Assembly: GCA_964447765.1 (NCBI GenBank)
Contig: CAYUTO010000002.1
Coordinates: 38,955-102,954 of the forward strand
Source of the DNA: an uncultured Gammaproteobacteria bacterium
GTDB lineage: Bacteria; Patescibacteriota; Patescibacteriia; Magasanikbacterales; UBA922
Length of the DNA: 64,000 nt
Direction of reading: 5' to 3'
Made by a program: the position numbers and the translations under genes. Shown here piece by piece: positions 1 through 10,100 of the stretch. Below the pieces are notes generated by a model. That model made no database searches. It was not told the origin of the DNA and was given only the letters and a program-made list of their open reading frames with translations. Position 1 is the first letter of the stretch; each line of letters opens with the position of its first letter.

Positions 1-77
1 TCTCTCTCAATGGAGCCTCAACTCATGGTATACTAGAAGAGGACGAAGTATTCGGAATTGTGATGAAGCAAGAATAA
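1..77 (+). CDS. 3' end of an upstream CDS (partial; reads ...EEDEVFGIVMKQE then stop TAA at 75-77)
   Basis: Open frame from the window edge to TAA at 75-77. Too short to identify. Confidence 0.2.
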   Translation, partial: SLNGASTHGILEEDEVFGIVMKQE

Positions 78-89
78 TTTTTTTATCTT

Positions 90-2180
90 ATGGCACACGA
101 AAAAAATCCAAAAGATATCGAGGATGTAGAAGAGCTCGAACGTGAATGGAACAATGATACTCCTGGTCATGAAGATGAGGATACTCTTAAGGTTGAGGAG
201 CCTAAACATGGTGAATTTGTAGAACATGATTTGGAAACAGGGGAAAAAATAGAAAAAAAATCCGCCTTGGGTGGAAAGAAAAAAGGAAAGCATGTAGTGA
301 AACATGAAAAAAAGAAAAAACATGCACATGAAAAAGTAGTAGCGTCTGGCGTTGTTGAAGATTCTATTGAGGATGAAGTAATGATAGCCCCAACAGAAGA
401 TGGTGGCGGTCGGGGAAAAGTGATTGCAGATCAGCTTTCTCAGATTTATGAAAATAGTGATGGGTCCATGCCAGACATGAAAACATTTGAGAGTAGAAAA
501 ACGAGTAGATTTGTCCGTGCATTAATGGTTTTTTTGATTTCATGTTTATTTTTTGGAGCATCTGCATGGGTAGGACTTTTTGTACTTCAACCAAAATCAC
601 AGTTTTCTGAAACCGATGTAACACTAGAAATTTCTGGAGAAGATAGTGTGCTTGCAGGGAGTGAAGTGACATACCGAATCCGATATCGAAATGCTCAGAG
701 TGTCTCGCTTCATGATGTGGTGCTCGAAGCGCGTTTTCCTGGAGGATTTAGAATCACTACGACGACGAGACCAGGGGATGATGAGTCAAATGGGAAATGG
801 ACTTTAGGTACTCTTGATCCAGGGAGCGGAGGATATATTGACGTAACCGGAAGATTTTTTGGTGATAGTGGCGGAACACAATCAATTCGAAGCTTTTTAT
901 CTTATAAGCCAGATAATTTTACCTCTACTTTTCAGGCAGTAACCACGAAAACGATTCAAGCAAAAGCAGATGCAGTGACACTGGAAATTGGTGTAGCAGA
1001 GAGTGTCCCTCGCGGTGGAAAAACTCCACTCACTATTACGATTACGCCTACTCCGGATGTAGTGCTTGAACATGTAGAGCTCAGTTGTGATTCACTCGAT
1101 TTTACTCCAGATATCAAGAGTACTCCTGCTTCAAAAGAAGGTTCTCCTTGCTCATGGACTTTTGATGTGATACGCGAAAAAACAGTGATTGAGCTCACTG
1201 GTATGTTTGCTAGTCCAACATCTTCAAGTGATTTTGCAATCGAGCTGCGGGGATGGGAGAATGCAGATCGTATAGGGGAAGGGTTTATACTCGGTAGTGC
1301 GCAAAAGAATGTCGTATTGACTGAGTCAACTACGAATGTAAGTCTGGTCATTAACGGTGGAGCAGGAGATACGACTATTTCTCCCGGAGAAACAATGTCT
1401 GCGAGTATTGTTGTTCAAAACAAAGGAGAAACACCGTTGACTGATGTAGTAATTGAAGCGGTGATTGACGGACCATCATATAGTAATCGCAGTATTTTAG
1501 GGTGGCAAGATTTGGTGCTTACCGGAGATGCTAATGTAGGTGGGGAACAACTAACCCCAGACACCAGACGTGGAAAAATAACCTGGAACAAACAATATGT
1601 TCCTGAACTCGGATCAATTGCTCCTGGCAAGGAGGTTCGGGTGGATGTTTCAATTCCAATTCGCTCGGGGGAGCAGATTACTCTCGGTAACTTTACTACG
1701 AATAATATTGTATTTGCATCGAGCTTTACACATGGAAAAACAGATGAACGCAAAACAATTTCTTCAAATCAAATTAATCTAACGCTCGTGTCTGATTTTG
1801 CACTTAAAACAGAGTACGATCTTACTTCTACGAGTGGATTAGCTGGAACCTACGATATTTCATGGAGACTTACCAATTCATTCCATGGTTTGAAGAATAT
1901 TAAACTAGAAATGGATCTGTATGGCGATGTGGAAGTTGATTCAAGCAAATTTACGGTCGCTGCAGGTGAGATGAAATATGATGAGACAAACAAGCGTATT
2001 ACGTGGACTATACCTGAAATGCCAACAAGCGTTGATATTCTTTCAGCTGAATTCCCAGTAATTCTAAAAGCCGATAATCCTACACAAAAAGATCTTGCAT
2101 CAAAGGTGCGTATGAGTGCTGATGATCAGACGACGAATGTAGTGATAAAAAAAGTAGGGGATGGGATTACGTTGAGATAA
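90..2180 (+). CDS. Membrane-anchored surface protein with DUF11-like (conserved repeat domain) repeats. Has a K/E/H-rich ~150-aa N-terminal tail and a single TM.
   Basis: ORF track 696 aa. Charged N-terminus (HVVKHEKKKKHAHEK). TM at FVRALMVFLISCLFFGASAWVGLFVL. Repeated beta-rich segments resembling DUF11 (TYRIRYRNAQSVSLHDVVLEARFPGGF...). Confidence 0.6.
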   Translation: MAHEKNPKDIEDVEELEREWNNDTPGHEDEDTLKVEEPKHGEFVEHDLETGEKIEKKSALGGKKKGKHVVKHEKKKKHAHEKVVASGVVEDSIEDEVMIAPTEDGGGRGKVIADQLSQIYENSDGSMPDMKTFESRKTSRFVRALMVFLISCLFFGASAWVGLFVLQPKSQFSETDVTLEISGEDSVLAGSEVTYRIRYRNAQSVSLHDVVLEARFPGGFRITTTTRPGDDESNGKWTLGTLDPGSGGYIDVTGRFFGDSGGTQSIRSFLSYKPDNFTSTFQAVTTKTIQAKADAVTLEIGVAESVPRGGKTPLTITITPTPDVVLEHVELSCDSLDFTPDIKSTPASKEGSPCSWTFDVIREKTVIELTGMFASPTSSSDFAIELRGWENADRIGEGFILGSAQKNVVLTESTTNVSLVINGGAGDTTISPGETMSASIVVQNKGETPLTDVVIEAVIDGPSYSNRSILGWQDLVLTGDANVGGEQLTPDTRRGKITWNKQYVPELGSIAPGKEVRVDVSIPIRSGEQITLGNFTTNNIVFASSFTHGKTDERKTISSNQINLTLVSDFALKTEYDLTSTSGLAGTYDISWRLTNSFHGLKNIKLEMDLYGDVEVDSSKFTVAAGEMKYDETNKRITWTIPEMPTSVDILSAEFPVILKADNPTQKDLASKVRMSADDQTTNVVIKKVGDGITLR

Positions 2181-2192
2181 AGATTAAAAAAT

Positions 2193-2242
2193 AAAGATTG
2201 AAGATTAGGAGAACGTATATACGAAAATCTTCAATCTTCTAT
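2193..2242 (+). repeat. Hairpin made of perfect 13-bp inverted repeat AAGATTGAAGATT / AATCTTCAATCTT. Member of a dispersed hairpin-repeat family; terminator-like.
   Basis: Read directly: aaagattgaagatt (2193-2206), loop with gtatatac, aatcttcaatctt (2226-2238). Same motif recurs at 5158-5185 and 5569-5593. Confidence 0.6.
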
Positions 2243-2248
2243 TATTCT

Positions 2249-2467
2249 ATGATTAAACTTGGAAAATATAGGCACTACAAAGGTCATATATGCAATGTGA
2301 TTGGTATTGCAAAGCATAGTGAAAATCCTGAAGAGGAATTGGTTGTATATTCTCATCCTGATGAGAATGGTGTCGATCAGCTCTGGGCACGACCAAAAAG
2401 TATGTTTGTGAGTGACGTAGAAGTTGGGGGAAAAACAATGAAAAGATTTGAGTATGTAGGAGAGTAG
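2249..2467 (+). CDS. DUF1653 family protein
   Basis: MIKLGKYRHYKGHICNVIGIAKHSENPEEELVVY...QLWARP matches the DUF1653 signature (YRHYKG...). Start moved to the internal Met because the annotated N-terminus overlaps the upstream hairpin. Confidence 0.6.
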   Translation: MIKLGKYRHYKGHICNVIGIAKHSENPEEELVVYSHPDENGVDQLWARPKSMFVSDVEVGGKTMKRFEYVGE

Positions 2468-2488
2468 TTGTTACAAAATTTAAAAAAA

Positions 2489-2518
2489 CAGTCTTGAGTG
2501 TATCAAGACTGTTTTTTT
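2489..2518 (+). terminator. Rho-independent terminator (bidirectional; A-run upstream, T7 downstream)
   Basis: cagtcttga-gtgta-tcaagactg followed by ttttttt. Confidence 0.7.
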
Positions 2519-2521
2519 ATA

Positions 2522-2596
2522 TGGTGCCTCCAGAGGGAATCGAACCCCCATCAACGGTTCCGAAGACCGTAGTTTTATCCATTAAACTATAGAGGC
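2522..2596 (-). tRNA. tRNA-Arg (anticodon TCG)
   Basis: Reverse complement folds as a cloverleaf: acceptor GCCTCTA/TGGAGGC, anticodon stem ACGGT/ACCGT, loop CTTCGGA, T-arm GGTTCGATTCC. CCA is encoded. Confidence 0.8.
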
Positions 2597-2648
2597 ATGG
2601 TAAGTTAAAAGGCATAAGTAATAAAATTACTTATACGTTTGTAACTAG

Positions 2649-2721
2649 TGGGTTGCCTGGGGATCGAACCCAGGACCTTGGGCTTAAGAGGCCCCTGCTC
2701 TACCAACTGAGCTAGCAACCC
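2649..2721 (-). tRNA. tRNA-Lys (anticodon CTT)
   Basis: Reverse complement: acceptor GGGTTGC/GCAACCC, D-arm GCTCAGTTGGTAGAGC, anticodon loop CTCTTAA, T-arm GGTTCGATCC. No encoded CCA. Confidence 0.8.
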
Positions 2722-2806
2722 GTGATGGAATAATGGCTCACGAATAAACGTGAGCGTGAGTATATATCAAGTTGTATGTAAAATCAAGAGGTTAACTGTC
2801 AGGATC

Positions 2807-3568
2807 TTACCCAATAGGATCATCATTTTTTCGAGGTGTGACCTGAATTTTTGGCCCTTTCCATGCTTTTACCTTCAAAGCTTCTTCAGCGGCAGCAGTT
2901 TGAGCTTCTTGTTTACTGGTTCCAAATCCTTCGGCAATTTTTTCTTTATTAAGAAAGATTCCAACGACAAAGTTTTTTGCATGATCAGGTCCATCCTCAC
3001 TCATTACTTTGTATGTTGGGGTAATGCCCGTAATTTCTTGCGCTGCTTCTTGGAAGCGTGATTTTGCATCCATCCACAGTCCTTGTTCAAGAACTTCAGG
3101 AAGTTTGGTAATAATAAAACGAGTGACAAATTGTTCAGCCATTTCCCAGCCACGATCAAGGTATATTGAGCCAATCACTGCTTCAAGCGCATTCGCAAGA
3201 ATATAGTCACGTGCTTTTACATTTGAATCCTTTGATTCACCATGACTCAAAAACAAAAACTGCTCAAGATTAAGTTCTCGTGCAACTCGGGCACACATGG
3301 TGCCGTTCACGAGTGCTGCTCGCCAGTTGGTGAGCTCTCCTTCAGGATTGAGATAGTTTTCAAATAAGAATTCAGTGACTGCGAGTTCGAGAATTGCGTC
3401 ACCGAGAAATTCCAATCGTTCATTATGTCCGAGAGGGAAATCACGATTTTCATTGAGGTATGATCGATGAACAAATGCTTGTACCAATAGTTTTTTGTCC
3501 TCAAAGACAACTCCAATGGTATCTTCAATTTTGTGAAATTCTTTTTCTTCGTATACAGCGAGAGACAT
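2807..3568 (-). CDS. rnc: Ribonuclease III
   Basis: RNase III signature ERLEFLGDAILELAVTEFLF, plus a C-terminal dsRBD-like region. 253 aa. Confidence 0.9.
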   Translation of the reverse strand: MSLAVYEEKEFHKIEDTIGVVFEDKKLLVQAFVHRSYLNENRDFPLGHNERLEFLGDAILELAVTEFLFENYLNPEGELTNWRAALVNGTMCARVARELNLEQFLFLSHGESKDSNVKARDYILANALEAVIGSIYLDRGWEMAEQFVTRFIITKLPEVLEQGLWMDAKSRFQEAAQEITGITPTYKVMSEDGPDHAKNFVVGIFLNKEKIAEGFGTSKQEAQTAAAEEALKVKAWKGPKIQVTPRKNDDPIG

Positions 3569-3598
3569 AAATGGGAAAAGCGGAAATGTCTAATTGTT

Positions 3599-3660
3599 CT
3601 AATTATTCTAAATAAAGTCTAAACAAAAAGTGCGTTGAAATTATTTTTTAGAATAATTAG
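3599..3660 (-). promoter_or_regulatory. Long stem-loop in the rnc 5' leader (perfect 14-bp stem, ~34-nt loop). Candidate RNase III autoregulatory target.
   Basis: ctaattattctaaa (3599-3612) and tttagaataattag (3647-3660) are exact reverse complements, located between the rnc start and the nusB stop. Confidence 0.45.
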
Positions 3661-3700
3661 GTCAATTAGTATAATTTAAGATTTATTTAGTTAACCGATA

Positions 3701-4177
3701 TTACGTTTTTTCTTTTGGTTCCTCAGAATCATGTGCGACTTCCTTCACGACTCCTTTTTTTACCAAATCTTTGTAGAGTGCACCAAGTATTCCATTGACG
3801 AATTTTCCGCTGGTTGGTCCGCCGTAATTTTTTGCAAGTTCGATTGCTTCATTAATTGCAACTTTAGGAGGAACATCTGCGGCATTATAGAGGATTTCAT
3901 AAATACCGATACGCAAAATATTTCGGTCTACTAGAGTCATCTGTTCGACCGACCAATGTGTTGCGTATCCGGCAATATGCTCGTCGATCTCTTTCTGATG
4001 TGCGATAACACCATCAATCAGAGACTCGACAAAAGGCTCATGTTCTTCAAGTCCAACACCGAATTCGTGCATCGTCTCCTTGATAATCGCAGGAATTGCA
4101 GCGGAAGGATTACCACGAAAATCCCATTGATAGAGTGTCTGCATGGCGATTGATCGGGCAAGGTGGCGTTTGGACAT
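3701..4177 (-). CDS. nusB: Transcription antitermination factor NusB
   Basis: [20 protein letters not shown]... NusB fold signature. 158 aa. Confidence 0.85.
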   Translation of the reverse strand: MSKRHLARSIAMQTLYQWDFRGNPSAAIPAIIKETMHEFGVGLEEHEPFVESLIDGVIAHQKEIDEHIAGYATHWSVEQMTLVDRNILRIGIYEILYNAADVPPKVAINEAIELAKNYGGPTSGKFVNGILGALYKDLVKKGVVKEVAHDSEEPKEKT

Positions 4178-4187
4178 ACTGCAAGTA

Positions 4188-4403
4188 TTATTTAGCAGCT
4201 TTGTGTGCTCGAGCGAATCGTGCTTTTCGTTTGGTAGTATTTACGACGGTTTTACCTTTGTATTTACCAGTTGCTTTGTTTGCTCGATGAGGAAGCTGAG
4301 GATTGCCGGCTTCATCGTAGGTAACATGAACTTTAGTTAATCCATGATGTGCGCGGCGTTCTCTTTGTGAACGCTTGGTGCGCTGTTTTGAGGGGACTCC
4401 CAT
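4188..4403 (-). CDS. rpmF: 50S ribosomal protein bL32 (form lacking the Zn-binding cysteines), with a C-terminal basic extension
   Basis: [20 protein letters not shown]...[15 protein letters not shown] aligns with the bL32 consensus (RRSHxALT ... LRHH..GYYKGR). Confidence 0.7.
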   Translation of the reverse strand: MGVPSKQRTKRSQRERRAHHGLTKVHVTYDEAGNPQLPHRANKATGKYKGKTVVNTTKRKARFARAHKAAK

Positions 4404-4543
4404 ATACAGGTTGCTACATTAAAAAATAAGGGCCATCGAGTAATTCGATGAAATATAGCTTGAGTATAGCTAATTCCAGAAAAAAAATCAAGCCCTTTCT
4501 ATATATTGCATCTACCCTCTAACTACGCTATGCTTACAGTACT

Positions 4544-5167
4544 ATGTTACACACCGTATCTATTACCGACTCAGAAGCTCTTGATCGAGCTCTAGGAGCA
4601 CTAAATAGTGGTTCTACCCTTATATATCCTACTGAAACATGCTATGGACTTGGCTGTGATGCGAGGAATAGTGCAGCGGTTGACCGTATTTTTAAGATTA
4701 AGGTGCGGGAACCTGATAAGTCAGTATTGGTAATAGTGCATGATATTTCAATCATAATGAAGTACGTTGAGTGGAATGAAACAATTGACGAATTGGCGCG
4801 TACCTACTGGCCAGGACCACTTACCATCGTCGCTCCGCTCAACACGTCGTATGTGGATGAATTGGCGCCAGGCGTGGTGGGTGAGGGGGGTACCCTCGCA
4901 TTTCGGGTCACCAATCATCCGTTTGCTGCATCTCTTGCTCGAAGCTTGGGTGCTCCTATTGTCTCAACGTCTGCAAATATCAGTTCATATTCAAATCCGT
5001 ACGATATTGACTATGTCATAGGGATGTTTGATGGACGTGAATATATGCCTGACTTGATTGTTGACGCAGGTAATCTACCACATCACAGCCCCTCTACTAT
5101 TGTAAAAGTGGAGGCTGATGGGGCAAAGACAATTTTGAGGCAAGGTGAAATAATTATAGAAGATTAA
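4544..5167 (+). CDS. tsaC: L-threonylcarbamoyladenylate synthase, YrdC/TsaC type (single domain)
   Basis: TLIYPTETCYGLGCDARNSAAVDRIFKIKVR...VLVIV is a YrdC/Sua5 domain. 207 aa, with no Sua5 C-terminal domain. Confidence 0.8.
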   Translation: MLHTVSITDSEALDRALGALNSGSTLIYPTETCYGLGCDARNSAAVDRIFKIKVREPDKSVLVIVHDISIIMKYVEWNETIDELARTYWPGPLTIVAPLNTSYVDELAPGVVGEGGTLAFRVTNHPFAASLARSLGAPIVSTSANISSYSNPYDIDYVIGMFDGREYMPDLIVDAGNLPHHSPSTIVKVEADGAKTILRQGEIIIED

Positions 5168-5185
5168 AGACTAAAGATTATTGAA
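5158..5185 (+). repeat. Left arm of a ~25-bp inverted repeat bracketing the four-helix-bundle gene
   Basis: gaagattaaagactaaagattattgaat versus the reverse complement of 5569-5593 (aataatcttcaatctttaatcttc) gives about 22/25 matches. Confidence 0.55.
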
Positions 5186-5191
5186 TCCATA

Positions 5192-5566
5192 TTGGGGGGT
5201 ATGGAATACAAAGATTTTTATCAACTTCAAATTTGGAGGGATGGTTATGATCTCTTGATGAACGTGTATACCTGTACAAATGAATTTCCGGTACACGAAC
5301 AATACGCACTTATCGCGCAAGTATGCCGGTCAGCAAATTCAATTATTGCAAATATAGCCGAATCACATGGTCGGTACTCATATGCTGATAAAATCAGGGT
5401 ACTATACATTGCGCGAGGAGAAATCTTTGAAACTCGTAGTCATATATCTGTTGCGTATGGACGTAGATATGTCTCACTTGAAATGTTTACTCAATTAAAT
5501 GCAGGTTACAAGAAATTAATAAAAGACATAAATTCATATATCAAAAGCCTTCAGAGCAAAAAATAA
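5192..5566 (+). CDS. Four-helix bundle protein (23S rRNA intervening-sequence protein family, TIGR02436-like)
   Basis: MEYKDFYQLQIWRDGYDLLMNVYTCTNEFPVHEQYALIAQVCRSANSIIANIAESHGR is the typical family signature. TTG start per the ORF track. Confidence 0.75.
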   Translation: MGGMEYKDFYQLQIWRDGYDLLMNVYTCTNEFPVHEQYALIAQVCRSANSIIANIAESHGRYSYADKIRVLYIARGEIFETRSHISVAYGRRYVSLEMFTQLNAGYKKLIKDINSYIKSLQSKK

Positions 5567-5568
5567 TC

Positions 5569-5593
5569 TTCAATCTTTAATCTTCTATAGTAT
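5569..5593 (+). repeat. Right arm of the inverted repeat bracketing the four-helix-bundle gene. Contains AATCTTCAATCTT.
   Basis: See the left arm at 5158-5185. Same 13-mer as the hairpin at 2193-2242. Confidence 0.55.
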
Positions 5594-5597
5594 ATTT

Positions 5598-6422
5598 ATG
5601 AGTCTGTTGACCCCAACCCAAATCAAACGTTTGTGCGAAGAGTATTCCTTGTCCCCAAGTAAAAAATACGGGCAGAATTATTTGATTTCAGAGTTACCGG
5701 TACAAAAGATGGTTGAGGCGGCGGGTATTAAACCAGGAGATGTGGTATATGAAATAGGTCCGGGCTTTGGTATTTTAACCTTTGAATTATTGAAAGCTGG
5801 CGCAGTGGTGAGAGCATTTGAAATCGAACAAAAATTAAAACCATATTGGGAAAAATATCAAGCAGAGTATCCAAATTTAGAAATTGTGTGGGGAAATGTA
5901 TTATGGCAATGGGATGAGTATGTAAAAAATGAAAAGCGTCCATATAAAGTAATTGCAAATTTGCCTTATCAAATTACGTCTGAAGTACTAGAAACCATAC
6001 TTGAATCTTCCAATCAGCCAGAGCAAGTGATCTGTATGGTGCAAAAAGAAGTGGCTGAGCGTATTGTTGCTCGTCCGGGGGATATGTCTATTCTTGCTAC
6101 CTCAATCCAGTATTTTGGAATTCCAAAGATTGTGGCAAAAGTATCTCGAGGATCATTTTGGCCGAGTCCCAAGGTGGATTCAGCGGTGATTTCAATTACA
6201 CAGATTCAACCTCGAGCTGACAGTACGATTTTTTTTAAACTTGTTAAAGCAGGTTTTCATCATAAAAGAAAAAAATTGCTCAATAATATTGTCGAAGCGT
6301 ACCATATACCAAAAACAGAGGTTGAAACGGTATTTGAAAGTCTCAATCTCAATTATAATATTCGGGCAGAGGAGTTATCGATTGAAGAGTGGGAAAAATT
6401 TTCAAAGTTACTCACAAGATAG
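5598..6422 (+). CDS. rsmA: 16S rRNA (adenine1518/1519-N6)-dimethyltransferase
   Basis: KYGQNYLISELPVQKMVEAAGIKPGDVVYEIGPGFGILT is a KsgA SAM-binding motif. 274 aa. Confidence 0.9.
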   Translation: MSLLTPTQIKRLCEEYSLSPSKKYGQNYLISELPVQKMVEAAGIKPGDVVYEIGPGFGILTFELLKAGAVVRAFEIEQKLKPYWEKYQAEYPNLEIVWGNVLWQWDEYVKNEKRPYKVIANLPYQITSEVLETILESSNQPEQVICMVQKEVAERIVARPGDMSILATSIQYFGIPKIVAKVSRGSFWPSPKVDSAVISITQIQPRADSTIFFKLVKAGFHHKRKKLLNNIVEAYHIPKTEVETVFESLNLNYNIRAEELSIEEWEKFSKLLTR

Positions 6423-6483
6423 TTTTGTGGGGTGTCTGAATTTTTGCTATACTTACGCTTGAATATATTTAAGCTCTGATTTC

Positions 6484-7152
6484 ATGAATTCGTCGGAGCC
6501 TCGACAATTAGACTCTGCACAAAAGGCTGGATTTATTTCTTTGCTTGTTTTTGCTTTAGTGACCTTTTCATTTAGTTTTCTACATTTGAGAAACACGGTC
6601 TATGGTCGTTTTACGACAGCACAACAAACGTCTTCTGAATTACAACTCGGGGAATATAGTGAAACAGTTCGTCTGCAGAGTATTGATACAGACAAAGACA
6701 CCTTGAGCGATTACGATGAGTTGTATATGTATAGCACCAGTCCCTATCTGCCTGATAGTGATAGTGATGGCAGAACTGACGCGACAGAAATTACTGAAGG
6801 CACTGATCCACTCTGTCCTGAGGGTGAGTCGTGTGGTGAAGGAGAATTTGGATCGGGTACGCCTGAGGAAATTTCACCCGAGTCACCGCTTCTAGAAGAT
6901 AGCGCGACGCCAAGCGATATTGTGCTCCAGAGCCAGCTCGGCACTGCAAGTGGAGGAGCAATTGATCCAGAAGCCGTTGCTGCAATCCTCCAGGACCCCG
7001 TACAAATCAGACAATTGATCCTAAATACGGGAAAAATATCAAAAGAAGATCTGGACCGAATCGATGATGCAACCTTGAAACAACTCGCAGAAGAAATGAT
7101 CAAAGAATATAGTGCTTCAGAAAATAATTCCTCAACCTCGACTGCTCAATAA
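6484..7152 (+). CDS. Membrane-anchored acidic protein with thrombospondin-type-3-like Asp-rich (Ca-binding-like) repeats
   Basis: N-terminal TM (FISLLVFALVTFSFSFL). DTDKDTLSDYDEL and DSDSDGRTDATE DxDxDG-like motifs. Stop lies 2 nt before the giant ORF start. Confidence 0.55.
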   Translation: MNSSEPRQLDSAQKAGFISLLVFALVTFSFSFLHLRNTVYGRFTTAQQTSSELQLGEYSETVRLQSIDTDKDTLSDYDELYMYSTSPYLPDSDSDGRTDATEITEGTDPLCPEGESCGEGEFGSGTPEEISPESPLLEDSATPSDIVLQSQLGTASGGAIDPEAVAAILQDPVQIRQLILNTGKISKEDLDRIDDATLKQLAEEMIKEYSASENNSSTSTAQ

Positions 7153-7154
7153 GT

Positions 7155-10100
7155 ATGTTTTTTCTCTCCAAAAGAACAAAGAAGCATTCAGTCATCGCTA
7201 TTATTGCGGTGGTTGTAGTAGTGAATGTGCTTGGTTTTAATTTACTCCGTCCAACTCCGGTACGTGCGTTTGTCGACGTAAATCAGGGACTCAGAAACGT
7301 CACTGATAATATTGGTGATTCGCTGTTGGCTGCTGGACTGGGAGCTCTCGTTAATGGAGCATCGTATTTCATGCGAAAAATAGCGTATGATACGGCAAAA
7401 TATATTGCTTCAGGTGGAAAAGGGCAGGGAGCGCTTGCATTCCAGGATGGCTTTGGTAGTTATCTGGGAAATGTTGCAGCAGATAGTGCGTTTGATGCGA
7501 TTGATGAATTAGGAAAACCATTCGGTTTGAATATTTGTCAACCTCCCGATATACGATTACAAATTGGGCTTCAGGTCAGTATTTCAAATATTTTTGCTCA
7601 GGATGGTCCGCAGCCAAGTTGTACATACAATCAGTTTAAGGAAAAATGGGACAATGCACGTGATAGTTTGGTGGGTGATCAAAACTTACTTGAAAACTTC
7701 AATGTATCACTCAAAACTTCTCAAGGAAGTTTAGGAACAGCACTTTCAATTTTGGGAAAAGTAGACAGTATCGTTGCTAAGAGTGAGTTGGGGGCACAGT
7801 TGGAGCGACTTGAGGGTGGAGGATTTAAATCGATTACAGGACTTATTTCAGGTGAAATCAAAACTCCTGCGCAAATAACTCGTGAAGAAGCAACTGGACA
7901 ATTGACCGCAACAGCTCAAACCAAATCGAGTGCCGAACAAATTGCTGGACTCTACGGAGCAGATGCTCTTTCCATTTTCCCCATGGCTTTGTCAGTATTT
8001 GCAAATACTCTCGCAAGTACACTACTTCAAAATGTGCTTGAGAAAGGATTATTACCAACCAAAGGTGATCCTTCATCAGTTGCTGATTTTTATGCTTCCA
8101 CAGTGAACAGAAATCGTCAGATTGCAGAAACTGCATTCTCATACCTTATTGCAGGAATTCCACAAAGACCTTTGACTGCATATGACGTGGTCACTGAGTA
8201 TAGTACCTGTGGTAGTAATCCTGGGCTTAATAATTGCGTCATGGATTCAGGTCTTGCTCAGGCTCTTGATCGTGCTCGACTGGGAACACCGCTTACGATT
8301 GGAGAAGCGATGTCATCGCAAAATAATTTACTTCATGATGATTGGTTGCTGATAGCAGATCATCTCGAGGGTATTGACCCAAGTGTAAGTAAAACAAATC
8401 TTACTAATACTAATTTAGAGTATTGTCACAGTTCTGCATACTGTATTTCTAATGTTGAAAAATTGAGAAAAGCTCGTATTTTACCTTTGGGATTTGAAAT
8501 CGCCGTAATGAAATCTCCTCCAGATAATCCATGGAAATTAGGTGATGTGGTGAGAGGATTTAATACTTGTGATCCGAGTGGTAAGCCGAGCGATGCGTAT
8601 CCATACTGCAAATTGATTGATCCTAATTGGATACTCAAAGCTCCTGAAGCTCGCTGTGAAGCTCGGGTGTCTGGTCCTGAACTGTTGACCGAATCTACTC
8701 CAACGAGACGCGAGGAATGTGTAGATTTTTCAACATGCCTTGAAACAGATGAGAATGGTCAGTGTAAAGGTTTTGGGTATTGCACCAAAGAAGAAAATAT
8801 TTGGAACATGCCTGGTCAAGCCTGTGCCCCACAGTTTAATACGTGTAAAACATATGTTTCTGCTAGTGATGGGAAAATTGCCTCGTATCTTTCGCGTACT
8901 CTCGATGTAGAGTCATGTAGTGCTGATTCAATCGGATGTCGTGCCTATAGTCTGGATAAGGACGGAGATGCGTGGGTAACGTCAGCCGAAGCTGATCCTG
9001 CTACTGCATTTTCGGGACGCACACAAGCAATTCATTTCACGAATATTGCTCAGTGCCCATCGTCATCAGAAGGATGTTCGCTCTTCATGGATCCAACAAT
9101 TAGTGACGCCTCAAGTGATGAAGCCCGTGTATTCCTAAAAAAAGCCCCTGATTATTTACAATGCTATGACAGTGATCTTACAACTTCAGATGTAGTTGAA
9201 TGGCCACAAACTCAGGCTGAAATCGTGAAGCTTGATACACAAAAAGCTGCAGCATGTTCGGCATTTGCTGGAGCGTGTACAGGAGAAGAAGTAGGATGTG
9301 AAGTGTATGCTCCTAAAAATGGGGGAGCATCAGTTACTGGTATTATTGGGGGGAATAGCTGTCCTACTCAATGTGTAGGATACGAAACATTCAAACAAGA
9401 AGCTACTACATTTGAATCTGAGAAATTCCCCTTACATTTTATCGCGTCAAATGCCAGAACTTGTACTAGTTTGCAGGTAGGGTGTGATGAGTTTACTAAT
9501 ATTGGTGTGGCGAGTGAGGGTGGAGAAGCGCTCGAATATTATACTGCACTCAAGCGTTGTGAGCGTCCAAGTGGTGATAATAGTGGAGTATTTTATTCAT
9601 GGGAAGGGTCGGAAAGTCAGGGATACCAATTGAGACGAAACATTTTACTACCAATTACATCATCTGACCGCGACTACATTAGTAGTCATGGATTGAATTA
9701 CAAGTCGGGTGATTCACTTGAATCAGTATTCCCTGTGGGATCACCTGCATACGTAGAAGATCTCAAATCAGCCATGCAATCAAATTATGATCAATGTAAT
9801 CAGGAATCATATAATTTGTTATTGAATAATGTGTTGAATGATTCAAGAGTTGCTGATAATGATTGTCGAGCGCTCTATAATTCAAATGGACAAATTTTTT
9901 ACCGAGTATTCAGAAATACCGTAACCGTATCAAATTCTTGCACACCTCTTCGAAAGACCAATTCAGAATTGATGGTAGACGAAAATATTACTGCGGGAAA
10001 TGGGGGACAAACTCTTTGCGAAGCAAAAGGTGGAGTATGGGGTGCGGGAGAATGTAAACGTTGTGCGGCCGGTGGAACATACGAAGTAAATACTGAAGGA

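Noticed and set aside
2198-2248. First 17 codons of the ORF-track DUF1653 model
   Set aside because: They overlap the perfect 13-bp hairpin. DUF1653 proteins begin at the conserved M-x-x-G-x-YRHYKG, which matches the internal Met.
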